Shown one piece after another: positions 29,634-39,110 of a stretch of DNA of 64,000 nucleotides (positions within the stretch are counted from its first letter, which is position 1; the number at the start of each line of letters is the position of its first letter). The translations under genes were made by a program, and so were the position numbers. The notes under the pieces are model-generated. The model was not told where the DNA came from. It made no database searches and saw nothing but the letters and a program-made list of their open reading frames with translations. Where the stretch lies: contig JBJBDC010000001.1 of assembly GCA_047285535.1 (NCBI GenBank), forward strand, positions 2,016,136 to 2,080,135, given 5' to 3'. This DNA comes from Synechococcus sp. (lineage in GTDB: Bacteria > Cyanobacteriota > Cyanobacteriia > PCC-6307 > Cyanobiaceae).

Positions 29634-31532
29634 ATGAAACCGGTGCGTGGGGTCAAAAATTGGCTCAAAAAAAATAGCGCCATCCTGATCCTCAGCGGAG
29701 GAATCGCGATTGCAGGCGGAGTGGGACAAGAAGAGCTGCGCCAGGGAGAACTCTGGTTGGCCGACTGGGCTTTGGAATTTGCCGGACCGAGAAGGGTGCC
29801 CAACAAATTGGTGATTGTCGCGATTGACGATTTCAGCCTGCAACAGGCAGCCAACGCGGATCTAAGCGATGACCCGGCACTTCAGAGATTGCGTGAATGG
29901 CCATGGCCTCGAAGTACCCATGCACTGGTGCTGGACCGCCTCATCGAAAGCGGAGCAAAAGCGATTGGATTCGATTTGTTGTTTGACACCCCAAGCAGTC
30001 ATGGCCGCGAAGACGATGCTGTCTTTGCTGCAAGCCTTCGTCGCCACGTTGACCACGTGGTTTTAGGTGTGCAGGCCCTAAGCAGCGAAGGACCTGTTGC
30101 CGCTCTTTCCTTGCTTGACCTGACCCCCACTCTTCAAGCCGCGCATCCTTTACTGAGGCGGGGGCTACTCAACGGCCGTCCAGATCCTGATGGTGTATTG
30201 CGCAGACCCCCTGGTAACACCAGCCTCGATCTGCGCCAACAACTTGGATCAGCGGTACCTCCAGGCATGGCATCAGCCCTCCTGAACACGCCACCAGCCA
30301 ATCCAAAAACGGGAATACCACTATTGGCTCCTTATGGGCCACCGCGCACGATCCCCACACTGTCGATCTGGGAACTGCTTGAGCCAAAAGCCTTCAGCGC
30401 ACTCAAGCAATCAGGAAAACTCCAAGACGCAGTGGTACTGATAGGCCCTACAGCAGCAGTGTTTCAGGACTTGCACCGCAGCGTGTTCTCTGGGGCCGTG
30501 GGAATGCCGGGGGTGGAAGTGCATGCCACTGAAGTTGCCAACCGTCTTGAAGGTCGCAGCCTCCAATTTGTTCAACCCATCCCGGGTTGGAACCTCGTTC
30601 TCGCGGCCCTCGCCTGTGGTTTGGGACTGGCCATCAGTGGCATGGAACGTCCCTTTCAAAGGCTGAGCCTTGCGGCAGTCGCCACAGTCGGCTCCGTGCT
30701 GATTGGAGTGCTGTTGGTCACCAAGGCCTGGGTGGTGCTTCCGTTGGGCAGTGTCGCTTTGACCATCCTTGCCACAGGCATCGTGTCCAGCGCTGATGCA
30801 ACTGTGAAACTGCAGTGGCAGCGCCGACGACTTCGCAACACACTGGGTCGCTACCTGTCTCCAGCAGTTGCTGCGGAAATCGCAGACCAACCAGACAACG
30901 CCGATGGCTTACTGCAAGGTCGGCTGGTCGATGTTGTTGTGCTGATGAGTGACATCCGTGGATTCACAGCTTTTACGCAAGCGATGACCGAGAAAGGTGA
31001 AGTCCACGGACTCGTGAACCGACTCAACGCCTATTTCAGCGAGATCGTCGATGCGGTTCACGCTCAGCAAGGCACCATTGATAAGTTCATCGGAGATGCA
31101 ACGCTTGCAGTGTTTGGCGCTCCACTCCAACGCAGCGGAGCTATGAATGCAGCGGCAGGAGTCAAGACCGCCATTGCCATTCAAGAACGTTTGGAACGTC
31201 TGAATGAAGGGTGGATTTCCCATGGCCAAGAGCCCTGGTCCCAAGTCATTGTTCTGAGTTATGGGTGGGTCGTGAGCGGCAATATCGGAAGCAGCAGTCG
31301 CATGGATTACACAGTGATCGGCGATGCGGTGAACACAGCCAGTCGACTCGAACAAATCGCAAAGCAATGCAACCGCACAATCGTGATGAGCGCAGCCGTA
31401 GCAAAGCTGCTCGAGAATCAATGGCCTCTGGACGATCTCGGTGAATTTCCGATCAGAGGACAAAAGCCTCAACGTGTGTTCGCCCTAAAAACCGTCACCA
31501 ATTGGTCGCAGAAGCCAGGCATTTACACCTAA
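29634..31532 (+). CDS. CHASE2-domain class III adenylate cyclase
   Basis: CHASE2 motifs IVAIDD, WPWPRS, IGFDLLF, DPDGVLR, VLIGPTA, MPGVEVHA; 3 TM; cyclase SDIRGFT, DKFIGD, YTVIGDAVNTASRLE (Lys/Thr pair indicates ATP specificity). Confidence 0.95.
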   Translation: MKPVRGVKNWLKKNSAILILSGGIAIAGGVGQEELRQGELWLADWALEFAGPRRVPNKLVIVAIDDFSLQQAANADLSDDPALQRLREWPWPRSTHALVLDRLIESGAKAIGFDLLFDTPSSHGREDDAVFAASLRRHVDHVVLGVQALSSEGPVAALSLLDLTPTLQAAHPLLRRGLLNGRPDPDGVLRRPPGNTSLDLRQQLGSAVPPGMASALLNTPPANPKTGIPLLAPYGPPRTIPTLSIWELLEPKAFSALKQSGKLQDAVVLIGPTAAVFQDLHRSVFSGAVGMPGVEVHATEVANRLEGRSLQFVQPIPGWNLVLAALACGLGLAISGMERPFQRLSLAAVATVGSVLIGVLLVTKAWVVLPLGSVALTILATGIVSSADATVKLQWQRRRLRNTLGRYLSPAVAAEIADQPDNADGLLQGRLVDVVVLMSDIRGFTAFTQAMTEKGEVHGLVNRLNAYFSEIVDAVHAQQGTIDKFIGDATLAVFGAPLQRSGAMNAAAGVKTAIAIQERLERLNEGWISHGQEPWSQVIVLSYGWVVSGNIGSSSRMDYTVIGDAVNTASRLEQIAKQCNRTIVMSAAVAKLLENQWPLDDLGEFPIRGQKPQRVFALKTVTNWSQKPGIYT

Positions 31533-31555
31533 AGATCTGCATCGAATCAAAACTG

Positions 31556-33394
31556 ATGCATTTGCGCCAAAGCCTGCTTGGTCTGCTGGCAATTTCGTCG
31601 CTGACCGTGCCTGCTATGGCGGCACCGTTTCAAAACGCCACAGTCCGGCGGATCCTGGACGGGAAGGAAGTATTCATTGACAAAACACCAGCTCGGGTCG
31701 ATCAAACAGCAGGTAAGGGTCAGGAACTCAGTACCGGCCAAAGCCGCGCGGAGCTTCTGTTTGATCGCCGTGCCCTGGGCTTTCTGGGAAATAACAGTCT
31801 GATCAAACTCGGTGAAGAGTGCTTTCGTCTCGACAAAGGCCAGGTTCTCATTAATGGGCCGCAAAACAGTTGTCTTGGCACCAAGGTGCTGGGAATTCGT
31901 GGCACGACCTATGTCTTAAATGCCCTGAATGAGGGAGGCTATCGCCTGTCTGTTTTGAGTGGCGAAGCGATCATCTCAGATCAAGGAATAGCAGAAATCG
32001 ATCAAAACAGCCCAGACATCCTTGAGCAGTACCCCCGTCTCAACCCTGTGATCGGCTTTGGCTCCAGTGCCTGGGGAAGCAATGCCAGCGGCACCACGCT
32101 GGGACAAGCGGCTGGCCTGATTCTTGGTGATGCCTCTTTTTTCCTACCGATCAGCCAAAGCCAGGGCAGCAAACTTTTTTATAACTACTCAACAGCGAGC
32201 AGCAATTTCGACACCTCCTGGGGAGCGAGCACCGAATTTGGATACAAATGGTTCGACCCCAATAATCGCAGCATCAGCTCCGTCCTGGTGGGCTATGACG
32301 GCTGGAAGACTTCTGGATGCTTTCATTCACAGCTCGCGATTGGAGGGCAATGGCAGAAGGATCGCTGGCAATTTGGCGCGACCGGAGGTATTCCCGTCGA
32401 CGGTTGCGACAACAACCTCGGATTTGCCATCGGTCAGATAGGAGTTCCCATCATCGATCTTGGCGAACAATCTGTTCTCCTCTCTCTATCTCCCTACGTG
32501 ATGCATGGCATCGGCAACACCTATGGCGGAGGCAGGATCGGACTCAACGTTCCCGTAGGCGAGAGTGTCAACCTCTCGGCTTATGGTCAATACGACGAGC
32601 TCCTTGACACCGTCATCGGCGGGCAGATCAGCTACCGCTTTGGCACCAACGGGGGATTCGTCAATGACCCCAACATGCAACCTGCGCGTACCACACCAGT
32701 TCCCTGGCAATCAGCTGAATTCAATGAATTCAAAACCGGTCGCCCAATACAGCTGGCGTTAGGGGGTGATGCGTCCATGGTCAGTCCACTTGTGACGACA
32801 GACTCAGGCGCTCTGGCCAATCAGCCCTCGGGCGAGGAATCAAGTATCACTCTCCAAGCTGGAGAAGAAGCTGTTTTTGATGCTGATGGCAACCTCCTCA
32901 GCCGTAATGCAATGTCTCGAGAACAATTTGCCCAACTCGTTTTCGAGAATATGGACGGTCAGAATCTTTTGCCAGAAAGCCACGTCATCAGCTTGATCTA
33001 TCAAGAGCTCTATGGCTTGCCGAATCCACAGCTGTTATCGATTCTTGGATCCGATTGGCTCGTTGCAGCACGCAGACCTTATCCCCGCCTACGAGCCGCT
33101 AATAGCCTCGTCATACCCGAGAACAAGTTACCTAAAGAAGAAGAAGTTGTAGAAGAAGTTGTAGAAGAAGAAGTTGTAGAAGAAGAGCCTGAGCCAGAGC
33201 CAATAGTTTTAACCTACGTCTGTAAAGCAATCGTCGACCAAGGTCCCAGCTACAACTACTACGTCGGTAGCACTGAAGGCGGACCTTTCTCCTCAGCAGT
33301 TCGATTCACCGTACAATCACCAAGTCAACCTTCATGCCAAGGTCTTTTTGCTGGAGTATTTAATGATGCAGTTACTAGCCCTGAACTTATTTAA
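31556..33394 (+). CDS. Exported FecR-like domain protein fused to a probable outer-membrane beta-barrel
   Basis: Signal peptide; FecR-like STGQSRAELLF...LGNNS...L.KGQVL...GIRGT...SVLSG; amphipathic beta strands (FLPI...GASTEFGYKW...GYD...QLAIGG...GQISYRF); E/V- and PE-rich linker; Cys-pair tip. Confidence 0.8.
   Translation: MHLRQSLLGLLAISSLTVPAMAAPFQNATVRRILDGKEVFIDKTPARVDQTAGKGQELSTGQSRAELLFDRRALGFLGNNSLIKLGEECFRLDKGQVLINGPQNSCLGTKVLGIRGTTYVLNALNEGGYRLSVLSGEAIISDQGIAEIDQNSPDILEQYPRLNPVIGFGSSAWGSNASGTTLGQAAGLILGDASFFLPISQSQGSKLFYNYSTASSNFDTSWGASTEFGYKWFDPNNRSISSVLVGYDGWKTSGCFHSQLAIGGQWQKDRWQFGATGGIPVDGCDNNLGFAIGQIGVPIIDLGEQSVLLSLSPYVMHGIGNTYGGGRIGLNVPVGESVNLSAYGQYDELLDTVIGGQISYRFGTNGGFVNDPNMQPARTTPVPWQSAEFNEFKTGRPIQLALGGDASMVSPLVTTDSGALANQPSGEESSITLQAGEEAVFDADGNLLSRNAMSREQFAQLVFENMDGQNLLPESHVISLIYQELYGLPNPQLLSILGSDWLVAARRPYPRLRAANSLVIPENKLPKEEEVVEEVVEEEVVEEEPEPEPIVLTYVCKAIVDQGPSYNYYVGSTEGGPFSSAVRFTVQSPSQPSCQGLFAGVFNDAVTSPELI
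33137..33203 (+). repeat. Low-complexity coding repeat (gaagaagttgta)n / (gagcc.)n
   Basis: Encodes EEEVVEEVVEEEVVEEEPEPEP. Confidence 0.85.
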
Positions 33395-33650
33395 CTCCAA
33401 TTATTTGTTTCAAACTGCTAGCCAGCAAATTGCAAGGGCCACCAACGCATTAGCAAAGCAAGATGCTTGATAGATCAGAATGAAGCAGCGTACATCCGAC
33501 GATTGCTCATTGATAAAGCCGAAACAAGCTAGAGATCAAGCCAAACCATGAACATGCTGATTCACTTCTGCCAATCGGGGTACAGGCAGAAACTGAGTTG
33601 ATAGTCGGAGAGATTCTGTCTAGACAGACTGACTGATCCGAACTTTGGCC

Positions 33651-34313
33651 ATGCAACTCAAATTGCGAGAACGCCTACAGAACTTGAAGATGGTGGCCGC
33701 TCTGGCCAGCTTTCTGAAAACTCCAGGGTCTTTAGACAGCGTGTTTGCTGTTGCCGACAGTGTCAAAGACGGTCCTTTAGGTGAACAGGCCGTTCGCCAC
33801 CTGCTCTCTGACAGCCACTTCAAAGCCCTCGTAGATGAAGGCTGGAGACCTGAGCCGATTGATCTGCAACAACTACAGAGCCTTCCGGAGGGCAGCCTCG
33901 GACGTTGCTACGCCGATCAGCTGATCAGCCAGGGCATCACTCCCGAGACCCTGATTGATCCAACACCCGTCACCAATGTCACTGAGTTTGTCGTTCATCG
34001 AGTGCGGGAAACTCACGACATTGTTCATGTGCTCACCGGTTTTGGGCTTGACGGCGATAGCGAAATAGGCCTGCAGGGCTTCAACCTCGCCCAGAACCGC
34101 TCACCGGTTGCTGTCATGTTGATCTTTGGCGCAATGTTAAGCGGCCTTCAAAACGATGAACCACTCGAGCCCCTTCTGCGTGCCCTGGCTCACGGTTTTC
34201 AGATGGGACTCGATGCCGAACTCGTGATCAGCCGAAAGCTGGAGGAAGGCTGGGAGCGACCACTCAAAGACTGGCGAGAAGAACTGAAATTACCTTCAGT
34301 CACTCAGAGCTGA
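33651..34313 (+). CDS. Coq4-family protein
   Basis: L..LPEGSLG..Y...R.RETHDIVHVLTGF....EIGLQ.F (HDxxH...E metal motif). Confidence 0.85.
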   Translation: MQLKLRERLQNLKMVAALASFLKTPGSLDSVFAVADSVKDGPLGEQAVRHLLSDSHFKALVDEGWRPEPIDLQQLQSLPEGSLGRCYADQLISQGITPETLIDPTPVTNVTEFVVHRVRETHDIVHVLTGFGLDGDSEIGLQGFNLAQNRSPVAVMLIFGAMLSGLQNDEPLEPLLRALAHGFQMGLDAELVISRKLEEGWERPLKDWREELKLPSVTQS

Positions 34314-34452
34314 GCACTAAAGGATGAGCGCTGCAGGCCAAAGAATCACATTGCAATCTCAATACTGAATCAACGCTGAGAGCTTTCACTAAACCATCAC
34401 AACTATGGTGAGAGTAGATGTTTGCAACCACTTAAGAAGACTGAAAAAATGA

Positions 34453-37400
34453 TCAAACCTCAGGTTTCACTGGTGGAGGCTCTTTAGACAGTCTAGCTTC
34501 CAGACTTTTAATGAAAACATAGACAGAAGGTACAACACCTAAAGAAAGAATGGTACCTACGAGAAGGCCCCCAAATACAACCGTGCCGATCGATTGCTGA
34601 GCATTCGCTCCAGCATTCCTTGCAACCACAAGGGGAAAGAAACCTGCCAAAGAGGCAATGGATGTCATCAGAATTGGGCGCAATCGAGATTTAGCAGCTT
34701 CGAGCGCTGCTTTAGCTGCCCCCAAGCCATCGGCCATACGTTGATCAGCAAATTCCACAACAAGGATGGCATTCTTTGCAGCAAGACCAATCAGCATAAG
34801 CAAACCCACCTGAGAAAATATATTGAGATCCATAGATCTCATCTTTACAAAAACTAGGCTTCCCAATATAGCCAAAGGAACAGTCAATAAAATCGTAGTA
34901 GACGTGATGTAGCTTTCATAGTTTGCTGAAAGAATCAAGAATACTGCCAAACCAGCCAATGAAAACAAGAATAAGATCTGCCCACCTGATTGAAGCTGAG
35001 TTCGAGCAAGTCCGTCGAATTGGATACCCAGTTCTTTGAAATTATTTTCCGCAAACACATCCTGAAGGCGACTAATCACTTGTCCTTGAGAAAATCCAGG
35101 GGCAGCCTTAATGGAGAATTTAACCGACCTATCGAATTGGAAATGGTCAATTGATGGAGGGGCACTAATTAATTCAGCATCAGCGAATTGCCTTATTTTA
35201 ACCATATTGCCATTATTTGACTGAACAGAGTAATTCAAAAGGTCCTTAATTTCGCGCCTACCCATTGAATCACTAATGATTCGAACATCCCTGACACCAC
35301 CAGGAATCGATGTCTGACTCGCTCTGAAACCCCCAGCAAGATCTGCGAGTGTTGTCATCGCCTTATCAAAATCAACGCCTAGAGACGAAAGCTTAGAACG
35401 ATCAATCACCAACTCGTAAGCAGGCGCATCAGGAGAAAAGAGTATATTAATACTGGCAATTGATGGATCTTTTTGAGCCGAGTCTCTGATGCGCTGGGCA
35501 AATTCAAGTAACTCTTCAAATGTGTACCTCTTATTACTCTTATCTACAAGCAACATAGTAATCGAAGAATCCTGTGCAACGTTAATCATTGGCGGCTGAA
35601 AAAATATCGGAGGGATAGCCGTTGGCAAAGGAAATAATTTTGCGCCCAGTGATCGTGCCTGTGCATCTGCACCTTGTGATTTCTTAGGACGTTCCTTAAG
35701 ATCCTTTAAAGAGACAAAAACGTTCATTTGTTCTGGGCGGTTGCCAGACCCTGCAACAACAATTGCATCTTTGATAGCAGAGTCTTTCGACTGCTTATCT
35801 TGTTTCAAAATAGAAGAGGCTTGGGCAGCAACCTTGGCCGTTGCGGGGAGGGATGCACCTGAAGCTAACTGCATGAATCCAAACAATTGTTTCATATCTT
35901 CTTGAGGTATCAAACCTGTAGGAGTTGAGTTAAACAAGAAGATCGTGAGGATGAAAGCTGGAACCAAGCAAGCCGTCACGACACGATATTTCTGAATCAA
36001 ATACCCCACAAGACCTGCAAACCTTTTTTCAAGTGCGGCGTATACAGACTCAAAGGCCTGGAATACTTTATTGAGATAAAACCCAACAAGACCAAAGGAA
36101 GCGATCGCAATTGGTACGATTAAATTACCGAAGTTTGCACGAGTGAACATTCCGAACAATGACCCTACAATCAAACCTCCGATCCCAGTAATCCATTTAG
36201 ATGCGGTTTTTTGATCACCAGGAAGGAGTATCAAGCCTGCCATCATGGGCGAAAATGTTAGAGCATTAAATGTAGATATTGCAATCGCAAAAATAATCGT
36301 AACGGCAAATTGTTGATAGATCTGTCCTACAGACGAAGCAACCAACGTGACCGGCAAAAACATCGTAATCAGGACCAGAGATGTGGAGAACACCGCACCT
36401 GAAAGCTCATTCATGGTGGAGAATGCAGCTTGCTTTGGTGGCATACCTGCTTCTATATTTTTAGACACAGACTCAACCACCAAGATTGCATCATCAACCA
36501 CTAAACCGGTAGCAAGAACCAGTCCGGTTAGAGTTAGAAAATTTAGAGAAAAGTCAAATAGGCCTAAAAACAGAAAAGTACCAACAATCGCCACTGGAAT
36601 AGCCAGGGCAGGAATTAAGACTGTTCGCCACTTTTTTAAAAATAAGACAAGAGTGACCAATACCAAGATAACGGCCAATCCAAGGGCATCGGTTACATTT
36701 TGAATAGATTCTAAGATGAAAGATTTTTGATCTTGCATATTCACAACCCGAATACCAGGTGGAGCTACTTCTTTGAAGTTGTTGATAACTTGTTCTATAT
36801 CTTGCGAAACCTGGACAGCATTACTACCTGATTTTTGATTAATATTTATATAGCTTGCAGGATAACCATCCAAAGTTCTCAAAGATTGGGATGGATCTGA
36901 AATATATTTAACGGTACCGATATCTTTCACTCGAATCAGCGCTCCGGAGGGAGCTGTTTTCACTGCAAGATTTTCAAATTCCTCTACTGTCTGAACATAC
37001 CCGCCGTCTTTAACCAGTACCGGATAGGAGTAAGAAGCATCATCAGTAATGTAAGGAGCCCCTACATTACCGGCTGATGATGGAGAATTTTGTGATCGTA
37101 TTTGTTTATCAATATCATCAATTGTCAAATCATAGGCTTTGAGCAAATCAGGATCTAAAAACAGCTGAAATCGGGAATCTCCAGGATAAATAGTGACTGT
37201 ACCTATACCATTAATAACCTGAAGTTGTTTTTTCAGATTATCCTCGACCAAGGTTGCAAGATATACTGAATTATATTGGCCTTGATCAGATGTAATCATA
37301 TAGCCACTGAGTGCTGTGTCAGAAGACTGGGTAACGGTAACACCCATATCTTGCGTTGTTTGTGGTAACATTCGGATTCCTTTTTGAATGCGATTTTGCG

Positions 37401-37722
37401 CATCCAACATTGCCGTATCTGCAGAGGTTTCCGGGTACAAATACAAATTTATCGAACTAGAACCTGGGGTTGAACTTGATGTCAAGTAATCCACGCCAGG
37501 AGTATCGGAGAGCAAATTCTCTAACGGATCAGTAACTGATTTCTCAACAATATTGGCATTTCCACCCTGATAAGTAGCATTAACTTGTATCTGAGGTTGC
37601 GAAACATCAGGCACAAATTCAATTGGCAGCGTTTGATAAACAACCAGTCCAGCAATAAAAATTGCAAGACTGCAAACACTCGTGAGAACGGGTCTTTTTA
37701 TAAAGGGATCGGCAAATGACAT
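34453..37722 (-). CDS. RND efflux permease (HAE1/AcrB-like)
   Basis: FIKRPV, GLVVDDAILVVE, ALTFSPMM, LIGLAAKNAILVVEFA, RLRPILMTS; visibly AT-rich. Confidence 0.95.
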   Translation of the reverse strand: MSFADPFIKRPVLTSVCSLAIFIAGLVVYQTLPIEFVPDVSQPQIQVNATYQGGNANIVEKSVTDPLENLLSDTPGVDYLTSSSTPGSSSINLYLYPETSADTAMLDAQNRIQKGIRMLPQTTQDMGVTVTQSSDTALSGYMITSDQGQYNSVYLATLVEDNLKKQLQVINGIGTVTIYPGDSRFQLFLDPDLLKAYDLTIDDIDKQIRSQNSPSSAGNVGAPYITDDASYSYPVLVKDGGYVQTVEEFENLAVKTAPSGALIRVKDIGTVKYISDPSQSLRTLDGYPASYININQKSGSNAVQVSQDIEQVINNFKEVAPPGIRVVNMQDQKSFILESIQNVTDALGLAVILVLVTLVLFLKKWRTVLIPALAIPVAIVGTFLFLGLFDFSLNFLTLTGLVLATGLVVDDAILVVESVSKNIEAGMPPKQAAFSTMNELSGAVFSTSLVLITMFLPVTLVASSVGQIYQQFAVTIIFAIAISTFNALTFSPMMAGLILLPGDQKTASKWITGIGGLIVGSLFGMFTRANFGNLIVPIAIASFGLVGFYLNKVFQAFESVYAALEKRFAGLVGYLIQKYRVVTACLVPAFILTIFLFNSTPTGLIPQEDMKQLFGFMQLASGASLPATAKVAAQASSILKQDKQSKDSAIKDAIVVAGSGNRPEQMNVFVSLKDLKERPKKSQGADAQARSLGAKLFPLPTAIPPIFFQPPMINVAQDSSITMLLVDKSNKRYTFEELLEFAQRIRDSAQKDPSIASINILFSPDAPAYELVIDRSKLSSLGVDFDKAMTTLADLAGGFRASQTSIPGGVRDVRIISDSMGRREIKDLLNYSVQSNNGNMVKIRQFADAELISAPPSIDHFQFDRSVKFSIKAAPGFSQGQVISRLQDVFAENNFKELGIQFDGLARTQLQSGGQILFLFSLAGLAVFLILSANYESYITSTTILLTVPLAILGSLVFVKMRSMDLNIFSQVGLLMLIGLAAKNAILVVEFADQRMADGLGAAKAALEAAKSRLRPILMTSIASLAGFFPLVVARNAGANAQQSIGTVVFGGLLVGTILSLGVVPSVYVFIKSLEARLSKEPPPVKPEV

Positions 37723-37726
37723 CAGA

Positions 37727-38896
37727 TTATTTTCCTGGAGGATTTGGTATAATTTTGACCGGCATTCCGCTGCTCAATACTTTTGTCTGGCTAATTGCCA
37801 CCTTGTCACCTGCCACCAATCCTTTTAGCACCGGAAACTGGTTGTCCTGAAGCTCGCCTAAAGCAATAGGCGATTCAACAGCTATTAAAGAATTGGGAGA
37901 CAATGCTTTCAGAGGTTTACTTTGTTTTTCATCAAGCTTATTCAAGCGAAGAAAAGTATTAACAGGAATAAGCTTAAACACAAAGGCTTGCTGCGCTTTC
38001 ATCGTAATTGCACCAGTAGGAATGGCCGGCAGATTGCGGACTCCAGTTTGGATTTCCGAACGCAACAACTGACCAGGCTTAAGACCAGCCTGTATATTTG
38101 GGAACGAAGCTTGAACGGTCAATGTATTTGCTGGAGTAGAAGAATTGCCGTCAGAATTAAAATCAAAGAATGGAGCCACATAATCAACTTGTCCCTCCGC
38201 AATAGGTGTGTCTGAGTCTCCTGAATAGATCCGAGTAGACTGACCCAAATTAATAGATTTTGCCTGAGCTGCAGGAACCTTCATTGTAACGATGAGCTCG
38301 TCATTATTAACAAGACCCATTAATGGCTTACCTTGTTCTATATAAGCGCCTACATTGACGATAAAGTCAGACCCAATAACGCCATCAAAAGGTGCTTTGA
38401 TATAGCGATGGCTCAAGTCAACCTGGGATCCTATAAATGCACTTGCCTTAGAAATTGCCTGGATTTTCTTTTCTTCAGCTTGTACGGGCGGAACCGCTCC
38501 AACATCTGCCAAGTATTGATATCGAGAGGCCTGAAGCTTGGCTTCCTGAGCTTCTGCTTTTGCAGTGGCAAGGTCGGCAACTTGTGACTGATTCTCCAAC
38601 GCAAGCATCACCTGACCCTTTTGGACCTTTTGACCGGCCTTAACTAAGACTTGAGTGACGATGCCACTTACGGACGGCATAAATGGAATAAAATTATTAT
38701 TTCCTATCGTTCCTTCAGTACTAACAACCTGCCTAAAGTTCTTTTTAACAATCGTATCCGCATACAAAGGCAGGGGCTGAGGAGCTTTCGATTGAGAACT
38801 GCAACCAACAACCAATAGGCTAAATGAAAGACAAACCAAGGACAAAGAATACTTTTGCCTACAGGTTTGTCTTAGCGATTGAAGCTGCAAAATCAT
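37727..38896 (-). CDS. RND periplasmic adaptor (membrane fusion protein), probable lipoprotein
   Basis: Lipobox LVVGC; VSGIVTQVLVKAGQKVQKGQ; IKAPFDGVIG; LKPG; GLVAGDKV. Confidence 0.92.
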   Translation of the reverse strand: MILQLQSLRQTCRQKYSLSLVCLSFSLLVVGCSSQSKAPQPLPLYADTIVKKNFRQVVSTEGTIGNNNFIPFMPSVSGIVTQVLVKAGQKVQKGQVMLALENQSQVADLATAKAEAQEAKLQASRYQYLADVGAVPPVQAEEKKIQAISKASAFIGSQVDLSHRYIKAPFDGVIGSDFIVNVGAYIEQGKPLMGLVNNDELIVTMKVPAAQAKSINLGQSTRIYSGDSDTPIAEGQVDYVAPFFDFNSDGNSSTPANTLTVQASFPNIQAGLKPGQLLRSEIQTGVRNLPAIPTGAITMKAQQAFVFKLIPVNTFLRLNKLDEKQSKPLKALSPNSLIAVESPIALGELQDNQFPVLKGLVAGDKVAISQTKVLSSGMPVKIIPNPPGK

Positions 38897-39110
38897 CGCC
38901 TGGCAAATTCCTGTGAACTATAGAGCTTATGTCTGAAAACTGCATGAAAATTTGATGAGGATGCGTTCCTGTCAGCACATTCAACACTGTGAAACGCACA
39001 TCGATCTCTATCTTTTATCCGCAAAGGAACAATCTTTCATAGGCAAATTGAAACTTAAGGTTGAGGCCATGATGAATCACAGCTTCAACCAAAGCCACGC
39101 AAAGCCGTCT

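Noticed and set aside
34314..34452. Third speA 3' ghost (GESRCL/NHL)
   Set aside because: Similarity too short to distinguish from chance
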